NCBI GenBank assembly: GCA_049322255.1
Contig: JBMORE010000167.1
Location: 1-64,000, forward strand
Source of the DNA: Myxococcota bacterium
GTDB taxonomy: Bacteria; Myxococcota; Myxococcia; Myxococcales; Myxococcaceae
DNA: 64,000 nucleotides
Direction of reading: 5' to 3'
Both the position numbers and the translations under genes were made by a program. This document shows positions 45,450 to 54,540 of this stretch, in pieces. Every line of letters begins with the position of its first letter. Positions within the stretch are counted from its first letter, which is position 1. The notes beneath the pieces are model-generated. The model saw only the letters and a list, made by a program, of their open reading frames with translations. It had not been told where the DNA came from and ran no database searches.

Positions 45450-46304
45450 ATGCGCTTCCTTCACTGCTCGGATGTCCACGTCACCACCAACTACTTCGCC
45501 CGCCCCAAGTGGGAGCTGGGGTGGCGCCGGTGGATTGCCCTCTTCGAGCTGGGCTTGGGCGGCCGGGCGCGCGACTACCTCGACGCCCCTTCGGTGCTGC
45601 GTCGCATCGTGCACGACCTCGCGCGCCACCGCGCCGACCATCTCATCGTCTCCGGTGACGTCACCGCCTACGGCATGGAGGAGGAGTTCTTAGGCGCGCG
45701 GGAGGCGCTGCTCCCAGTGGTGGAGGACAAGCGCAGGTGTACCATCATCCCCGGTAACCACGACACCTACACCCCAGTCACCGTGGCCGCGCGGTACTTC
45801 GAGCGGCAGTTCGGCCACCTTTTGGACAGCGACCTGCCCGGGTTGGCCAAAGAAGGGCCGTATCCCTTCGTGCGCCTGGTCGGGGAGCAGGCGGCAGTGG
45901 TGGGGCTGTGCTCGGCGCGGGTGCCGTTGATGCCCGGGTTTTCCTTCGGCTACGTCGGAAAGCGCCAGCTGGAGGGCCTGCGCGAGGTGGTGAACGATGA
46001 GCGGCTCAAGGAGCGCGCCTTGCTCGTGGCGGTGCACCACGCTCCTTTGGCGAAGAGCGGTGGGCGGGACAAGCCGCTGCACGGGCTGGTCGACGCCGAG
46101 GCGTTGATGCGTCTTTTGCCCGGCCCGCGCTTCGCGGTGCTGCACGGCCACATCCACCAGCGCTACCACCACCCGGCCACCACCACCCGCCCCCATCTGT
46201 TCGGCGCCGGTTCCTCGACCCAGAAGGGCAAGGAGGGTTACTGGCTCATCGAGGTGGAAGCTGGGCGAGTCAAAGGCGGTACGATGCATGTCCCGGGAGC
46301 ATGA
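45450..46304 (+). CDS. Calcineurin-like metallophosphoesterase
   Basis: SDVH, SGDVT, PGNHD, VHH, HGHIH. Confidence 0.92.
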   Translation: MRFLHCSDVHVTTNYFARPKWELGWRRWIALFELGLGGRARDYLDAPSVLRRIVHDLARHRADHLIVSGDVTAYGMEEEFLGAREALLPVVEDKRRCTIIPGNHDTYTPVTVAARYFERQFGHLLDSDLPGLAKEGPYPFVRLVGEQAAVVGLCSARVPLMPGFSFGYVGKRQLEGLREVVNDERLKERALLVAVHHAPLAKSGGRDKPLHGLVDAEALMRLLPGPRFAVLHGHIHQRYHHPATTTRPHLFGAGSSTQKGKEGYWLIEVEAGRVKGGTMHVPGA

Positions 46305-46645
46305 GAAGCGTGCGCGCGAAACTGCCCACCCACATTCGCCAGGCGGTGCTGGACTTCCAGGCGAGGGTGCGCGCACGGTTCGGCCCGAGGCTGAGCGACA
46401 TGCGCATCTTCGGCTCCTATGCGCGGGGCGACTGGGGACCAGAGTCTGACGTCGACGTGTTGACCGTGGTCGAGGGTCTCACCGAGCGTGAGCGGCGCGA
46501 AATCTTCGAGCTCGCTGAGGAGGTCTTCTTCGAGAGGATGATTCGCCTTTCGCCCCTCGCCTTCTCCGCCGCCGAGTATGAGGAGCATCGCGCGCGAGAG
46601 TATCAGCTCATCGCCGACATCCAGGCGCAGGGGGTGGTGCCGTGA
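46301..46645 (+). CDS. Minimal nucleotidyltransferase (MNT)
   Basis: IFGSYARGD..ESDVDVL; ATGA overlap with the upstream gene. Confidence 0.9.
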   Translation: MRSVRAKLPTHIRQAVLDFQARVRARFGPRLSDMRIFGSYARGDWGPESDVDVLTVVEGLTERERREIFELAEEVFFERMIRLSPLAFSAAEYEEHRAREYQLIADIQAQGVVP

Positions 46646-47052
46646 CCGAGGGAAACCGCCAGCGCAACATCGAGCTCGAGGTGGAAAAAGGGCAGGCCAG
46701 CTTGAAGGCCGCCGAGCTGTGCCTCCAGGCTTCTCTGTGGGACGACGCGGTAAGCCGCGCGTATTACGGGGCGTTGCATTTCGTGCAGGCGCTCCTACTC
46801 ACCGCGGGGCTGGAGGCGCGAAGTCACCACGGGGTGCACGACCTTTTCTTCCTGCACTTCGTTCGTCCCGGCACTGTGTCCGCCCGGGTGTCCAAGCTCT
46901 TCGCCGGGCTGCAGAAGTACCGCGAGGAGGCGGATTACGCCCGGGCGTTCCGTTTCTCCGAGCAAGGAGCGCGCGAGGAGGTCGCCAACGCGCTCGAGAT
47001 CCGCGACGAGGTGAAGAAGCTCCTCGTCAAGGATGGGTGGACGGCGCCGTAG
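46642..47052 (+). CDS. HEPN-domain protein
   Basis: AVSRAYYG, SHHGV..F, REEADY; GTGA overlap with MNT. Confidence 0.9.
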   Translation: MTEGNRQRNIELEVEKGQASLKAAELCLQASLWDDAVSRAYYGALHFVQALLLTAGLEARSHHGVHDLFFLHFVRPGTVSARVSKLFAGLQKYREEADYARAFRFSEQGAREEVANALEIRDEVKKLLVKDGWTAP

Positions 47053-47066
47053 AGGCGCGGCGGAGC

Positions 47067-47927
47067 TCAGTCCTCCCGAGGGCGGAGACCCCGACTTCGG
47101 TGGCCTGACATCACAGCTCCGATGGTGCCGGTGACCTTGTTCAAGGAGAAATGGAAGAAGTGCCCATAGCCATCGCGTGGATCGAGCGTGAGTTGGTACT
47201 CCTCCTCGTCCTCGCCAATCTTGACTTCGAATTCTTCTTTGACCCAGTCGAGGCCGGAAGTCACACTGCCGTAGACGCCGAAATCGCCGTTTTTTCGAAA
47301 GGCGCGGTCGATGTGCTCCCGCTCAGCGGAAGAGAGGAGGCGCGCCGCCCGGAGATCGGGGAAGTCGACCCACTTCACCGCTTGCACACTGCTCTGCGAA
47401 AGGTCGAGCTCGAAACAAACCAGGGAGCGGTGCGGTGCGCGAAAATAGAGGACTGCGGTCGTGCCAAAGCTGCGTGATGCCGCCAGCGAAAGGCCATCGA
47501 GGGTTTCTCTGTCTCGAGAGTACATTTCTACTTCGCCCGAATTGTCGGGCGGGCACGTGCGTATGCTTTCGAGCCCCTTGGAGACGCCGGTGACGACCAA
47601 GTAGTTGTTCATGGGCTCGATCAACCAAAGCTCGTTCTCCCGCTTCAGAATCTCGTCGACGCGCTTGAGCTGTTCGGCCGAAAGCTCGGGGCCCATGGGA
47701 ATTTTCGGACCTGAGTGGCTCATCGCGCCGTTCTTTCGAACCTGAAGCTGAAAAGTCAGGTGCGGTGGCGTGCGCATGGTGAGCGAAAGCTCATACCGTC
47801 GCCACTTGGCCGTGCCTTGCACGTCGAAGTCCTTCTCCAGCCCCGCGAGCCCGTTCGCCCAAGCCTCCCCGTACCGGCGAAAGTTGTCGTCGAGAAAGGT
47901 TCGGTCTGCCTGGCTGAGAGGAGCCAT
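47067..47927 (-). CDS. Hypothetical protein with three diverged internal repeats
   Basis: 286-aa ORF, apparently lower GC than neighbours; units start LSQADR, LSAEQL, LSSAER. Confidence 0.7.
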   Translation of the reverse strand: MAPLSQADRTFLDDNFRRYGEAWANGLAGLEKDFDVQGTAKWRRYELSLTMRTPPHLTFQLQVRKNGAMSHSGPKIPMGPELSAEQLKRVDEILKRENELWLIEPMNNYLVVTGVSKGLESIRTCPPDNSGEVEMYSRDRETLDGLSLAASRSFGTTAVLYFRAPHRSLVCFELDLSQSSVQAVKWVDFPDLRAARLLSSAEREHIDRAFRKNGDFGVYGSVTSGLDWVKEEFEVKIGEDEEEYQLTLDPRDGYGHFFHFSLNKVTGTIGAVMSGHRSRGLRPRED

Positions 47928-47939
47928 TGACAGCGGGCG

Positions 47940-48236
47940 CTATGGCGGCTCCACGCCCGAGCACTCCGTGGGTGCAGGAGCGCCGCAGTCCGCTTTGAGG
48001 ATGGCCTTGGCGCACTCGGCGGTGCGGTCGGCGCGGTCCTTGGGCACCGAGGCGGCCGTGGCGTTGCGGCAGCGTCGCGAAACGAGGACGCAACGCTCCT
48101 TGCCGTCGTTGCGGCAGCTGGTGGCGTGGCACTGCGCCCCCGCCCACAAATCGCACAGCCACTTCTCGCTGTACTCGTCGGGCTTGGCGCCCGGCATCAG
48201 AAGAGCCACCGCGATGGTCAACGCCGAGAAGGACAT
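47940..48236 (-). CDS. Small secreted Cys-rich protein
   Basis: Hydrophobic leader; 8 Cys in ~80 mature residues. Confidence 0.7.
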   Translation of the reverse strand: MSFSALTIAVALLMPGAKPDEYSEKWLCDLWAGAQCHATSCRNDGKERCVLVSRRCRNATAASVPKDRADRTAECAKAILKADCGAPAPTECSGVEPP

Positions 48237-48307
48237 GGGTCGCCTTTCGCCAAAGAGCCGCGCGCATTGTACCTTAAGGCCGCGCGAGTGAAGTAGAACG
48301 TGGCGAG

Positions 48308-49969
48308 ATGGATTCGACCCTTCCCGCCGCCGGCGACCTATCCATCGAGGAATTGAAGATGCTCCGGTTCCTCAACCGGGCGGTCGACGACGTCTTGGAA
48401 GAATCGCTCAAGGAACGGGAGAGCCTCTCTCAAACCTTCCGCCGCGCCTTCCCCCACATTCTCTCTCTCACCGGAGCCAAGGGCATCGCGGTCACCACCC
48501 TCGACGAGGAGCTGGTCGAGCGCACGTTTCACTTAGGGGACTTCGGTGACACTTTTCCCGGTGTGCTTTTGGCCAGCCACCCTTGGGGCGCCCAGCGGGT
48601 GGGGACCGATACCCTGGTCACTCAAGCGCTCGACGTGGTGGGAATGAAGATGGGCACCTTGGGGCTCTTCTTCGCCGGAGACCAGACCAGCCCGGTGAGC
48701 TCGGCGCGGCTTCTACGAATGCTCGAAACCATCGCCGAGGAGCTGGACACGGTGCTGGCCTCCATCCAGACCGCGGCGGAGAAGCACCAGCTCATCGTGC
48801 AGCTGAACCAGTTTCTCTCGAACCGGGTGTTCGAGGTGGGCATGGACAAGGCGGTGCTGGCGCTGGCCGAGCGCATCAAGCTGCCCGGCTTCATGCTCCT
48901 CTACCGGGACGCGGTGGATTCGAACGCCCTGCGCTACCGGGTGTACCGCTACGGGCACTTGGAGCACGACTCGGCGCAAAGCCCGTTCCCGCTGCTCGAC
49001 GAGGCGATTCGCACCCACGGGTCCACCCTCATCGGCGGCGGCGATGACCAGCTGCGAAAGGTGCTCGGCTCGCACCGCTCCGCCGAGTCGGTGGTCATTT
49101 CTGGCTTAGGAGTGGGGACGGCCAACATCCTGGGCAAGCTCTTGGTGTGGTCGGAGGGCGAGGGCTTCTCCGCCTACGCCATGGACCTCATTCGCGTGCT
49201 CTCTTCGACGTTGTCCCAGCGGCTCATCGACTACAACCGCGAGCGCATTCACTTAGGGCAGTTCTTCTCCGCCCCGGTCATCGACGAGCTGCTCCACGAC
49301 CCCGACTACGAGGTGCGCTACCTCACCCCGCGCGACGAGGAGGTGGGCATTCTCTTCGCCGACATCAACGGGTTCACCCGCATCTGCGAGCTTGTGCTGG
49401 AGAAGCCGGAGAAGATCGGCCAGTTCGTCGACGACTGGAGCACCGAGGTGGTGGACATCCTGTGGAAGCACGGCGGGGTGTTCGACAAAATGGTCGGTGA
49501 CTGCGTCATCGGGCTGTTCGGGCCGCCCTTCTTCCGTTCCTCGCGGGTGGAGCGGGCGGAGAGCGCGGTGCGCGCGGCGCTGGAGATTCAGGCCTTCACT
49601 CGGGACAAGATGAGCGCTCACCCCGAGGTGGCGCGCATCAGCGAGCTGATTTCGCTGCCTGGGCTGGGCGTGGCCGTCGGCCTCAACCTGGCCCACGCTT
49701 TTTGCGGGCTGTTCGGCCCCAACCGAAACTACACCGGCTTCTCCACCGGGATGAACCAGACCGCCCGGCTGCAGGCCTTGGGCTCCTTTCGCGAGACTTT
49801 GGTGATGGAGCCGGTGCGCCAGGCGCTCGAGCACAGCGCCGACCCGCGGCTACGCGCGCTCACCTACGGGCCGCTCACCGAAACCCCGGTGAAGAACGTC
49901 GCCCAGCCCTTGCGGCACTTCACGCTGAGCGAGCCTTCGCCTCAGGCTTCCAGCCGCTCCCCCACGTAG
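48308..49969 (+). CDS. Class III adenylate/guanylate cyclase with GAF-like N-terminal region
   Basis: LFADINGFT, DKMVGDCV (Lys suggests ATP specificity), NQTARL. Confidence 0.9.
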   Translation: MDSTLPAAGDLSIEELKMLRFLNRAVDDVLEESLKERESLSQTFRRAFPHILSLTGAKGIAVTTLDEELVERTFHLGDFGDTFPGVLLASHPWGAQRVGTDTLVTQALDVVGMKMGTLGLFFAGDQTSPVSSARLLRMLETIAEELDTVLASIQTAAEKHQLIVQLNQFLSNRVFEVGMDKAVLALAERIKLPGFMLLYRDAVDSNALRYRVYRYGHLEHDSAQSPFPLLDEAIRTHGSTLIGGGDDQLRKVLGSHRSAESVVISGLGVGTANILGKLLVWSEGEGFSAYAMDLIRVLSSTLSQRLIDYNRERIHLGQFFSAPVIDELLHDPDYEVRYLTPRDEEVGILFADINGFTRICELVLEKPEKIGQFVDDWSTEVVDILWKHGGVFDKMVGDCVIGLFGPPFFRSSRVERAESAVRAALEIQAFTRDKMSAHPEVARISELISLPGLGVAVGLNLAHAFCGLFGPNRNYTGFSTGMNQTARLQALGSFRETLVMEPVRQALEHSADPRLRALTYGPLTETPVKNVAQPLRHFTLSEPSPQASSRSPT

Positions 49970-50328
49970 GGGCGGATGAAGTGTATCCACCGGCGAGAGT
50001 CGATCTCCACCCGCCACTCGCTGTTGGGCAGGAAGGGGATGCGCGGGGAGAGGAAGGACTCCAGGCAGTCGGCTGCTTTCATCGGCGAGAGGTTCGCCCC
50101 GCGGAAGGCCACTCGCAGGTAAACCTCCAGGGTGGGGGTGACGTCGACCGAGGCGCAGATCCACAAGCTGCCGACCCGCCGCTGGTACGCCGGGTTCTGT
50201 CCCGGCCGAGCCGTCGGCTCGAAGCCGATGCGGGCGAGTGAAACCCAGTTCTTCGCCTCGAGGATGTAGTCGAGCAGCTCGCGCCCTGCCTGCTCTATCG
50301 TCGTCGCCTGGTCGATCGCCAGCATCAC
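49942..50328 (-). CDS. Hypothetical protein
   Basis: GAGGGAGG SD upstream; protein-like composition; host-like codon usage. Confidence 0.7.
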   Translation of the reverse strand: MMLAIDQATTIEQAGRELLDYILEAKNWVSLARIGFEPTARPGQNPAYQRRVGSLWICASVDVTPTLEVYLRVAFRGANLSPMKAADCLESFLSPRIPFLPNSEWRVEIDSRRWIHFIRPYVGERLEA

Positions 50329-50547
50329 CGGCCTCCCTCGTTGATGCCTGGAGAGAAACGATCTTCCAACGACCCCATGAACTGCAAGACCGTCAGAACG
50401 ATTTGTTGCGGGGTTGCGCGGAGCGGCTTGACGTTTTCAGTGCGCGTCGTTCACGGCACGCCCTTTCACTTTGCGGAGAGTCTTTGAGCGGCGCCCTCAA
50501 CCCCCCTTGGCGCCGAGGTAGGCTGTTCACCCCCTGTGAGGTGATGG

Positions 50548-52326
50548 ATGAGCCAGGTCAGATCGTGGGTGTTGGTCATCGGATGGGTGTTCGGTTCCAC
50601 CGCGGCAGCCGAGACGCTGACGTTTTCCACCTATTTGGGCGGAGCCGGCACGGACCAACTGCGAGACATCACGGTGGACGCCCAGGGAAACGTCTACCTC
50701 GCGGGAGGAACCCAGTCTTCGGACTTTCCTACCACCGCCGGTGCCTACTCGCGCGCTTCCAACGGCAGTTGGGATGCGTTCGTGGTCAAGCTCAGCCCCC
50801 AAGGAGCGCTCCTTTGGTCGACTTACGTCGGCGGGCCCAATTACGACCGCGCTTACGCCATCGAGGTGGACTCCTCGGGTGCGATTCTCATCGCCGGGCG
50901 GGCGGGCAGCGGCTTTCCGACCACGGCGGGAGTGGTGCAGCCAAGCTTCGTGGGAGACCTGGCGGTCAACCCCGCCTATGGCCCGCAGGATGGGTTCGTC
51001 GCCAAGCTGAGCGCGGATGGCGCCACCCTTCTTTGGGCGACCTATGTCGGAAACGACGACCGAAGCTTCATCCGCGACATCGATATAGACGCCTCCGGCC
51101 ATGTCCTCGCTGTCCTGACCGACGTCTCTCGTCCCTTCCCGCACGTCACCGCGGGCTCCGCCATTCCCAACCTCCAGGGAGGCACGGACGGTGCGGTGGT
51201 GAAGCTCAGATCCGACGGGCAGCAGGTGCTTTGGGGCACATACCTCGGCGGCGCCGGAGACGAGGCAGGCGGGCCGTCTTTGCGTGTAGAACGGGTGACC
51301 GGGTCGGTCTACGTCGTCGGCAATACGAGCTCGGCCAACTTCCCGACTCCGAACGGCTTCGACACGACCCTCGGCGGCGGAACCGATGCCTTTCTTGCCA
51401 AGCTCAGCGCCGACGGGGCGAGCTTGCTCTTCGCGACCTACCTGGGAGGTTCCGCTGCTGAAGGCACGGGGACTCACAACGTGGCCCTCGACCCCGCTGG
51501 GAATGTGGTGGTCGGCCACTGGAGCCAATCCACCGACCTCGCCATGACCGGCCACCGGAAGACGGCTCCAGCGGGCGTCAACAGCCTCCTGTGGAAGTTC
51601 TCCTCGGCGGGCCAGCTCCTCGCCAGCACCTACGTCGGTGGGAGCGGGGACGACGGTATCCAGGGAGTGGCCACCGACACGCAGGGAAACGTGGTGGTCT
51701 CCTTGGATGGAACCACCTCCCTGGATCTACCGGTGACGGCGGGTGCCTTTCAGGCGACGAACGCGGGCGCTCCCGATGGCGCGCTCATCAAGCTTTCGCC
51801 GGACCTGGGCGAGTTGTTGTACGCCACCTTCCTCGGGGGCAGGGGCTCCGACGGCAGCCGCAGCACGGTGGTGGACTCGAGCGACGGCTACTTCTTCGCC
51901 GGGTTCTCGTCTTCGGACGACTTTCCTTTGGCATCGCCCACCCAGTCTGTCCGCAAGGGGCAAGATGATCTCGTCATCGCTCGCTTCACGCTCTCCCCGC
52001 CGGGAGCCGATGCAGGGGTGACCGATGCAGGTTCTTCGCCGGGCGACGGCGGCCCAGGCGACGCAGGACAGGCGGTTCAGGACGCGGGTGGGCCGCTCCT
52101 CCAAGACGCGGGGGCGACGGGGGCCGAGGATGCGGGCACCAGCGTGGGCGGCACCGAGTCTCCACCAGGAGAGAGAGCGGGCGCTGGGTGTGGCTGTGGC
52201 GCCGGTGGCCCGCTCGCGCTCCTGCAGCTTCTGTGGCTCTTGGCCGCCAAAGGCCTCATGACAAGGAGGCCGGTGCATTCGTCAGCCGGTCGGCGAGGGC
52301 TGCCGCATTGCGAATGCAGTCGTTGA
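50548..52326 (+). CDS. SBBP beta-propeller repeat surface protein with MYXO-CTERM-like tail
   Basis: Repeated STYLGG..D..I.VD..GNVY..G.T.S.DFP and DAFV.KL; DAG linker; GCGCG + hydrophobic + basic tail. Confidence 0.9.
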   Translation: MSQVRSWVLVIGWVFGSTAAAETLTFSTYLGGAGTDQLRDITVDAQGNVYLAGGTQSSDFPTTAGAYSRASNGSWDAFVVKLSPQGALLWSTYVGGPNYDRAYAIEVDSSGAILIAGRAGSGFPTTAGVVQPSFVGDLAVNPAYGPQDGFVAKLSADGATLLWATYVGNDDRSFIRDIDIDASGHVLAVLTDVSRPFPHVTAGSAIPNLQGGTDGAVVKLRSDGQQVLWGTYLGGAGDEAGGPSLRVERVTGSVYVVGNTSSANFPTPNGFDTTLGGGTDAFLAKLSADGASLLFATYLGGSAAEGTGTHNVALDPAGNVVVGHWSQSTDLAMTGHRKTAPAGVNSLLWKFSSAGQLLASTYVGGSGDDGIQGVATDTQGNVVVSLDGTTSLDLPVTAGAFQATNAGAPDGALIKLSPDLGELLYATFLGGRGSDGSRSTVVDSSDGYFFAGFSSSDDFPLASPTQSVRKGQDDLVIARFTLSPPGADAGVTDAGSSPGDGGPGDAGQAVQDAGGPLLQDAGATGAEDAGTSVGGTESPPGERAGAGCGCGAGGPLALLQLLWLLAAKGLMTRRPVHSSAGRRGLPHCECSR

Positions 52327-53626
52327 CCCCCAAGCCGCGGTAGGCGTTGCCGGTGAGGGTGAGGCCGGGGTGGCTTGCCAGACGAGCGTCGATGCGCTCC
52401 AGCCGCGCGAGGTGTCCGACGTTGTACTGGGGGATGCCGCGGGGCCAGCGCACCAACTCGCGGAAGAGGGGAGGGGCGGTGACGCCGAGCAGCTCGCGCA
52501 GCGCTCCACCGGCGGAGGCGAACAGCGCTTCGTCGTCGTCGTTCAGCACCTCGCCGCGCAGGGCTCCCCCGACCAGGCAAGTGAAGAGCTCGGCCTCCTC
52601 AGGGGCACGCCAGGGAAAGACGGCGCTGACGTAAATGGCGCCCACCACCGCTCGGCGCAGCGAGGCAGGCACGATGAAACCAAACCCTCGTGGCCGTCGC
52701 GCCAGCTCGGAGCGGCGAAAGCCCAAGTGCACCTCGGCGATGGCCGCGTACTCGATGCCCTCGAGCTCGGCGGCGAGCTCGGCGTCGAGCGGAAACAAGA
52801 GGTGTGCAGCGGCGAAGGCAGGCACGGCGAGCACCACCTTGTCCGCCTCCAGCGTCGCCAGCGCGCCTGCTTCGCGTACCGACAGCCGCCAGCGCCCGCC
52901 CTCATACCCGAGCGCTTCCACCTGTGCCCCGGAGCGCACCGCGTCCCCCAACTGGCGCGCGATGGCAGCGGGGAGCGTCTCCATTCCGCCTTCGAAGCTG
53001 GCCATGGCTCCGGTGGAGGCCGCGTCGGGGGCGGCGCTGCCTTGCGTCTTGCGGGCCCGCAAGGCTCCCCACAGAAGGCTGCGGTGCGCGCGCTCGAGCT
53101 CGACGAGCGGAGGAAAGCTGGAGGCCGCGCTTAGCCGCTCGATGTCGCCGGCGAAGGTGCCGGTCTGCATCGCGTCGGTGAGCACCCCGGTGGCGGTACG
53201 GCCCAGATGGCGGCGGGAAAATTCGGCGAGCGATTCGTCCCCGCCGTCTCCCCGTCTGGAGAAGAGCTCCCCCAAAAGGCGGAGCTTGGCGGGCAGCGGC
53301 AATACCTTCGAGCGAAGCAAAGCGGGGGGCGACAACGGCACCTCGCGCAGCGCGCCGCGGGCGTAGACGAAGCGCTGCTTGGCTTCAGGAGCGGCCAGGC
53401 GCAGCTGGTTTTCCAGGCCCAGCGCGCGGACGAGCGTGCGGGTGGCCGGCTCGCGATCGACGAAGGCGTTGGGGCCCCACTCGGTGAGAAAACCATCGCG
53501 ACAGGTGGTGCGCATGGCGCCGCCCACCCGGGGTTGGCTTTCGAGCACGAGCACGCGCTTGCCGCGCTCATGAAGCGCGTGTGCGAGGGCCAAGCCCGAA
53601 ATGCCGCCGCCGACGATGGCGATCAT
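52256..53626 (-). CDS. hemY: Protoporphyrinogen/coproporphyrinogen oxidase (HemY type)
   Basis: IAIVGGGISGL, EWGPN, GFGF, WPRGIPQYNVGH, GNAYRGLGVNDC. Confidence 0.93.
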   Translation of the reverse strand: MIAIVGGGISGLALAHALHERGKRVLVLESQPRVGGAMRTTCRDGFLTEWGPNAFVDREPATRTLVRALGLENQLRLAAPEAKQRFVYARGALREVPLSPPALLRSKVLPLPAKLRLLGELFSRRGDGGDESLAEFSRRHLGRTATGVLTDAMQTGTFAGDIERLSAASSFPPLVELERAHRSLLWGALRARKTQGSAAPDAASTGAMASFEGGMETLPAAIARQLGDAVRSGAQVEALGYEGGRWRLSVREAGALATLEADKVVLAVPAFAAAHLLFPLDAELAAELEGIEYAAIAEVHLGFRRSELARRPRGFGFIVPASLRRAVVGAIYVSAVFPWRAPEEAELFTCLVGGALRGEVLNDDDEALFASAGGALRELLGVTAPPLFRELVRWPRGIPQYNVGHLARLERIDARLASHPGLTLTGNAYRGLGVNDCIRNAAALADRLTNAPASLS

Positions 53627-53700
53627 CCGCTGCGAATTAACACAGCTGTGCCCCGGCACCTTTGTCCATCGGCCGGCTCGTTCCTATTCTCCCCAAAGCG

Positions 53701-53958
53701 ATGTGGGAACGCCTCTCCATCCAGTCCGGCATGCGGGTGCGCTCGGCCGGGGGAAAGCGGCTGGGGCGGGTGTCTTCTTGCGGAGAACGACACTTTCTGG
53801 TCGTCGCCCCCTTTCGCCGCCGCCGCTTCTGCGTCGCCTACGAGGACGTGAAGAGCCTTTCGCGCGGAGAGGTGCGCCTGTCTCGCCAACGCTTCGCCGA
53901 TGTCGGCGTGCTCGGGGCCGAGGGCCCGCTCACCTTCACCAAGCCCCTCAAGGGTTGA
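53701..53958 (+). CDS. Small PRC-barrel/DUF2171-like protein
   Basis: IQSGMRVRSAGGKRLGRV..HFLV..VAYEDV pattern. Confidence 0.55.
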   Translation: MWERLSIQSGMRVRSAGGKRLGRVSSCGERHFLVVAPFRRRRFCVAYEDVKSLSRGEVRLSRQRFADVGVLGAEGPLTFTKPLKG

Positions 53959-54538
53959 GCAGCTCACTCACCCAGCGCTCCCCTTTGCGGCGGTAGAGCG
54001 TGCGCTCGTGCAGGCGGTTGGGCCGCATCTTCCAGAATTCGATGCAATCGGGAGCCAGCCGAAAGCCCGACCAGTGTGGGGGGCGGGGCACCGGCTTGCC
54101 TTCGTACTGCTTCTCCAGCTCGGTGAAGCGGCGCTCCAGCTCGGCGCGCGAGGCCAGCGGGCGGCTTTGGTCGGAGGCCCACGCTCCCAGCTGCGAGGCT
54201 CGGGGGCGGGAGGCGAAGTAGGCGTCGGCCTCGGCATCGTCGACGACGGCGACGCTGCCCTCCACTCGCACCTGCATGTCCAGCTCGCGCCAGTGAAAGA
54301 CCAGCGCCGCGAAGGGGTGGGCGGAAAGCTCGCGGCCCTTTCGTGATTCCAAGTTGGTGTAGAAGACGAAGCCCTGCGCGTCGAAGTCTTTGAGTAAGAG
54401 CACCCGCGCGGAAGGGCGCCCATCGTCGCCGACGGTGGCGAGCACCATGGCGTTGGGGTCGTGAGGCTGCGCCTCGAGGGCTTTGGCGTACAGCTCGGAG
54501 AAGAGGCGAAGCGGCTCGTCGACAGTCACGTTGCGCAT
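53948..54538 (-). CDS. pdxH: Pyridoxamine 5'-phosphate oxidase
   Basis: PNAMVLAT, RVLLLK, FYTNLESRKG, YFASRPRASQLGAWAS.QS, IEFW..RLHER. Confidence 0.95.
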   Translation of the reverse strand: MRNVTVDEPLRLFSELYAKALEAQPHDPNAMVLATVGDDGRPSARVLLLKDFDAQGFVFYTNLESRKGRELSAHPFAALVFHWRELDMQVRVEGSVAVVDDAEADAYFASRPRASQLGAWASDQSRPLASRAELERRFTELEKQYEGKPVPRPPHWSGFRLAPDCIEFWKMRPNRLHERTLYRRKGERWVSELLNP

Positions 54539-54540
54539 TC

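Noticed and set aside
50454..50470. Sigma-54-like GGCACG upstream of the SBBP gene
   Set aside because: No -12 TGC at the required spacing.
52256..52326. Functional significance of convergent 3' overlaps (SBBP/hemY 71 nt; cyclase/hypothetical 28 nt)
   Set aside because: Short tail overlaps are common in high-GC genomes where stop codons are rare.
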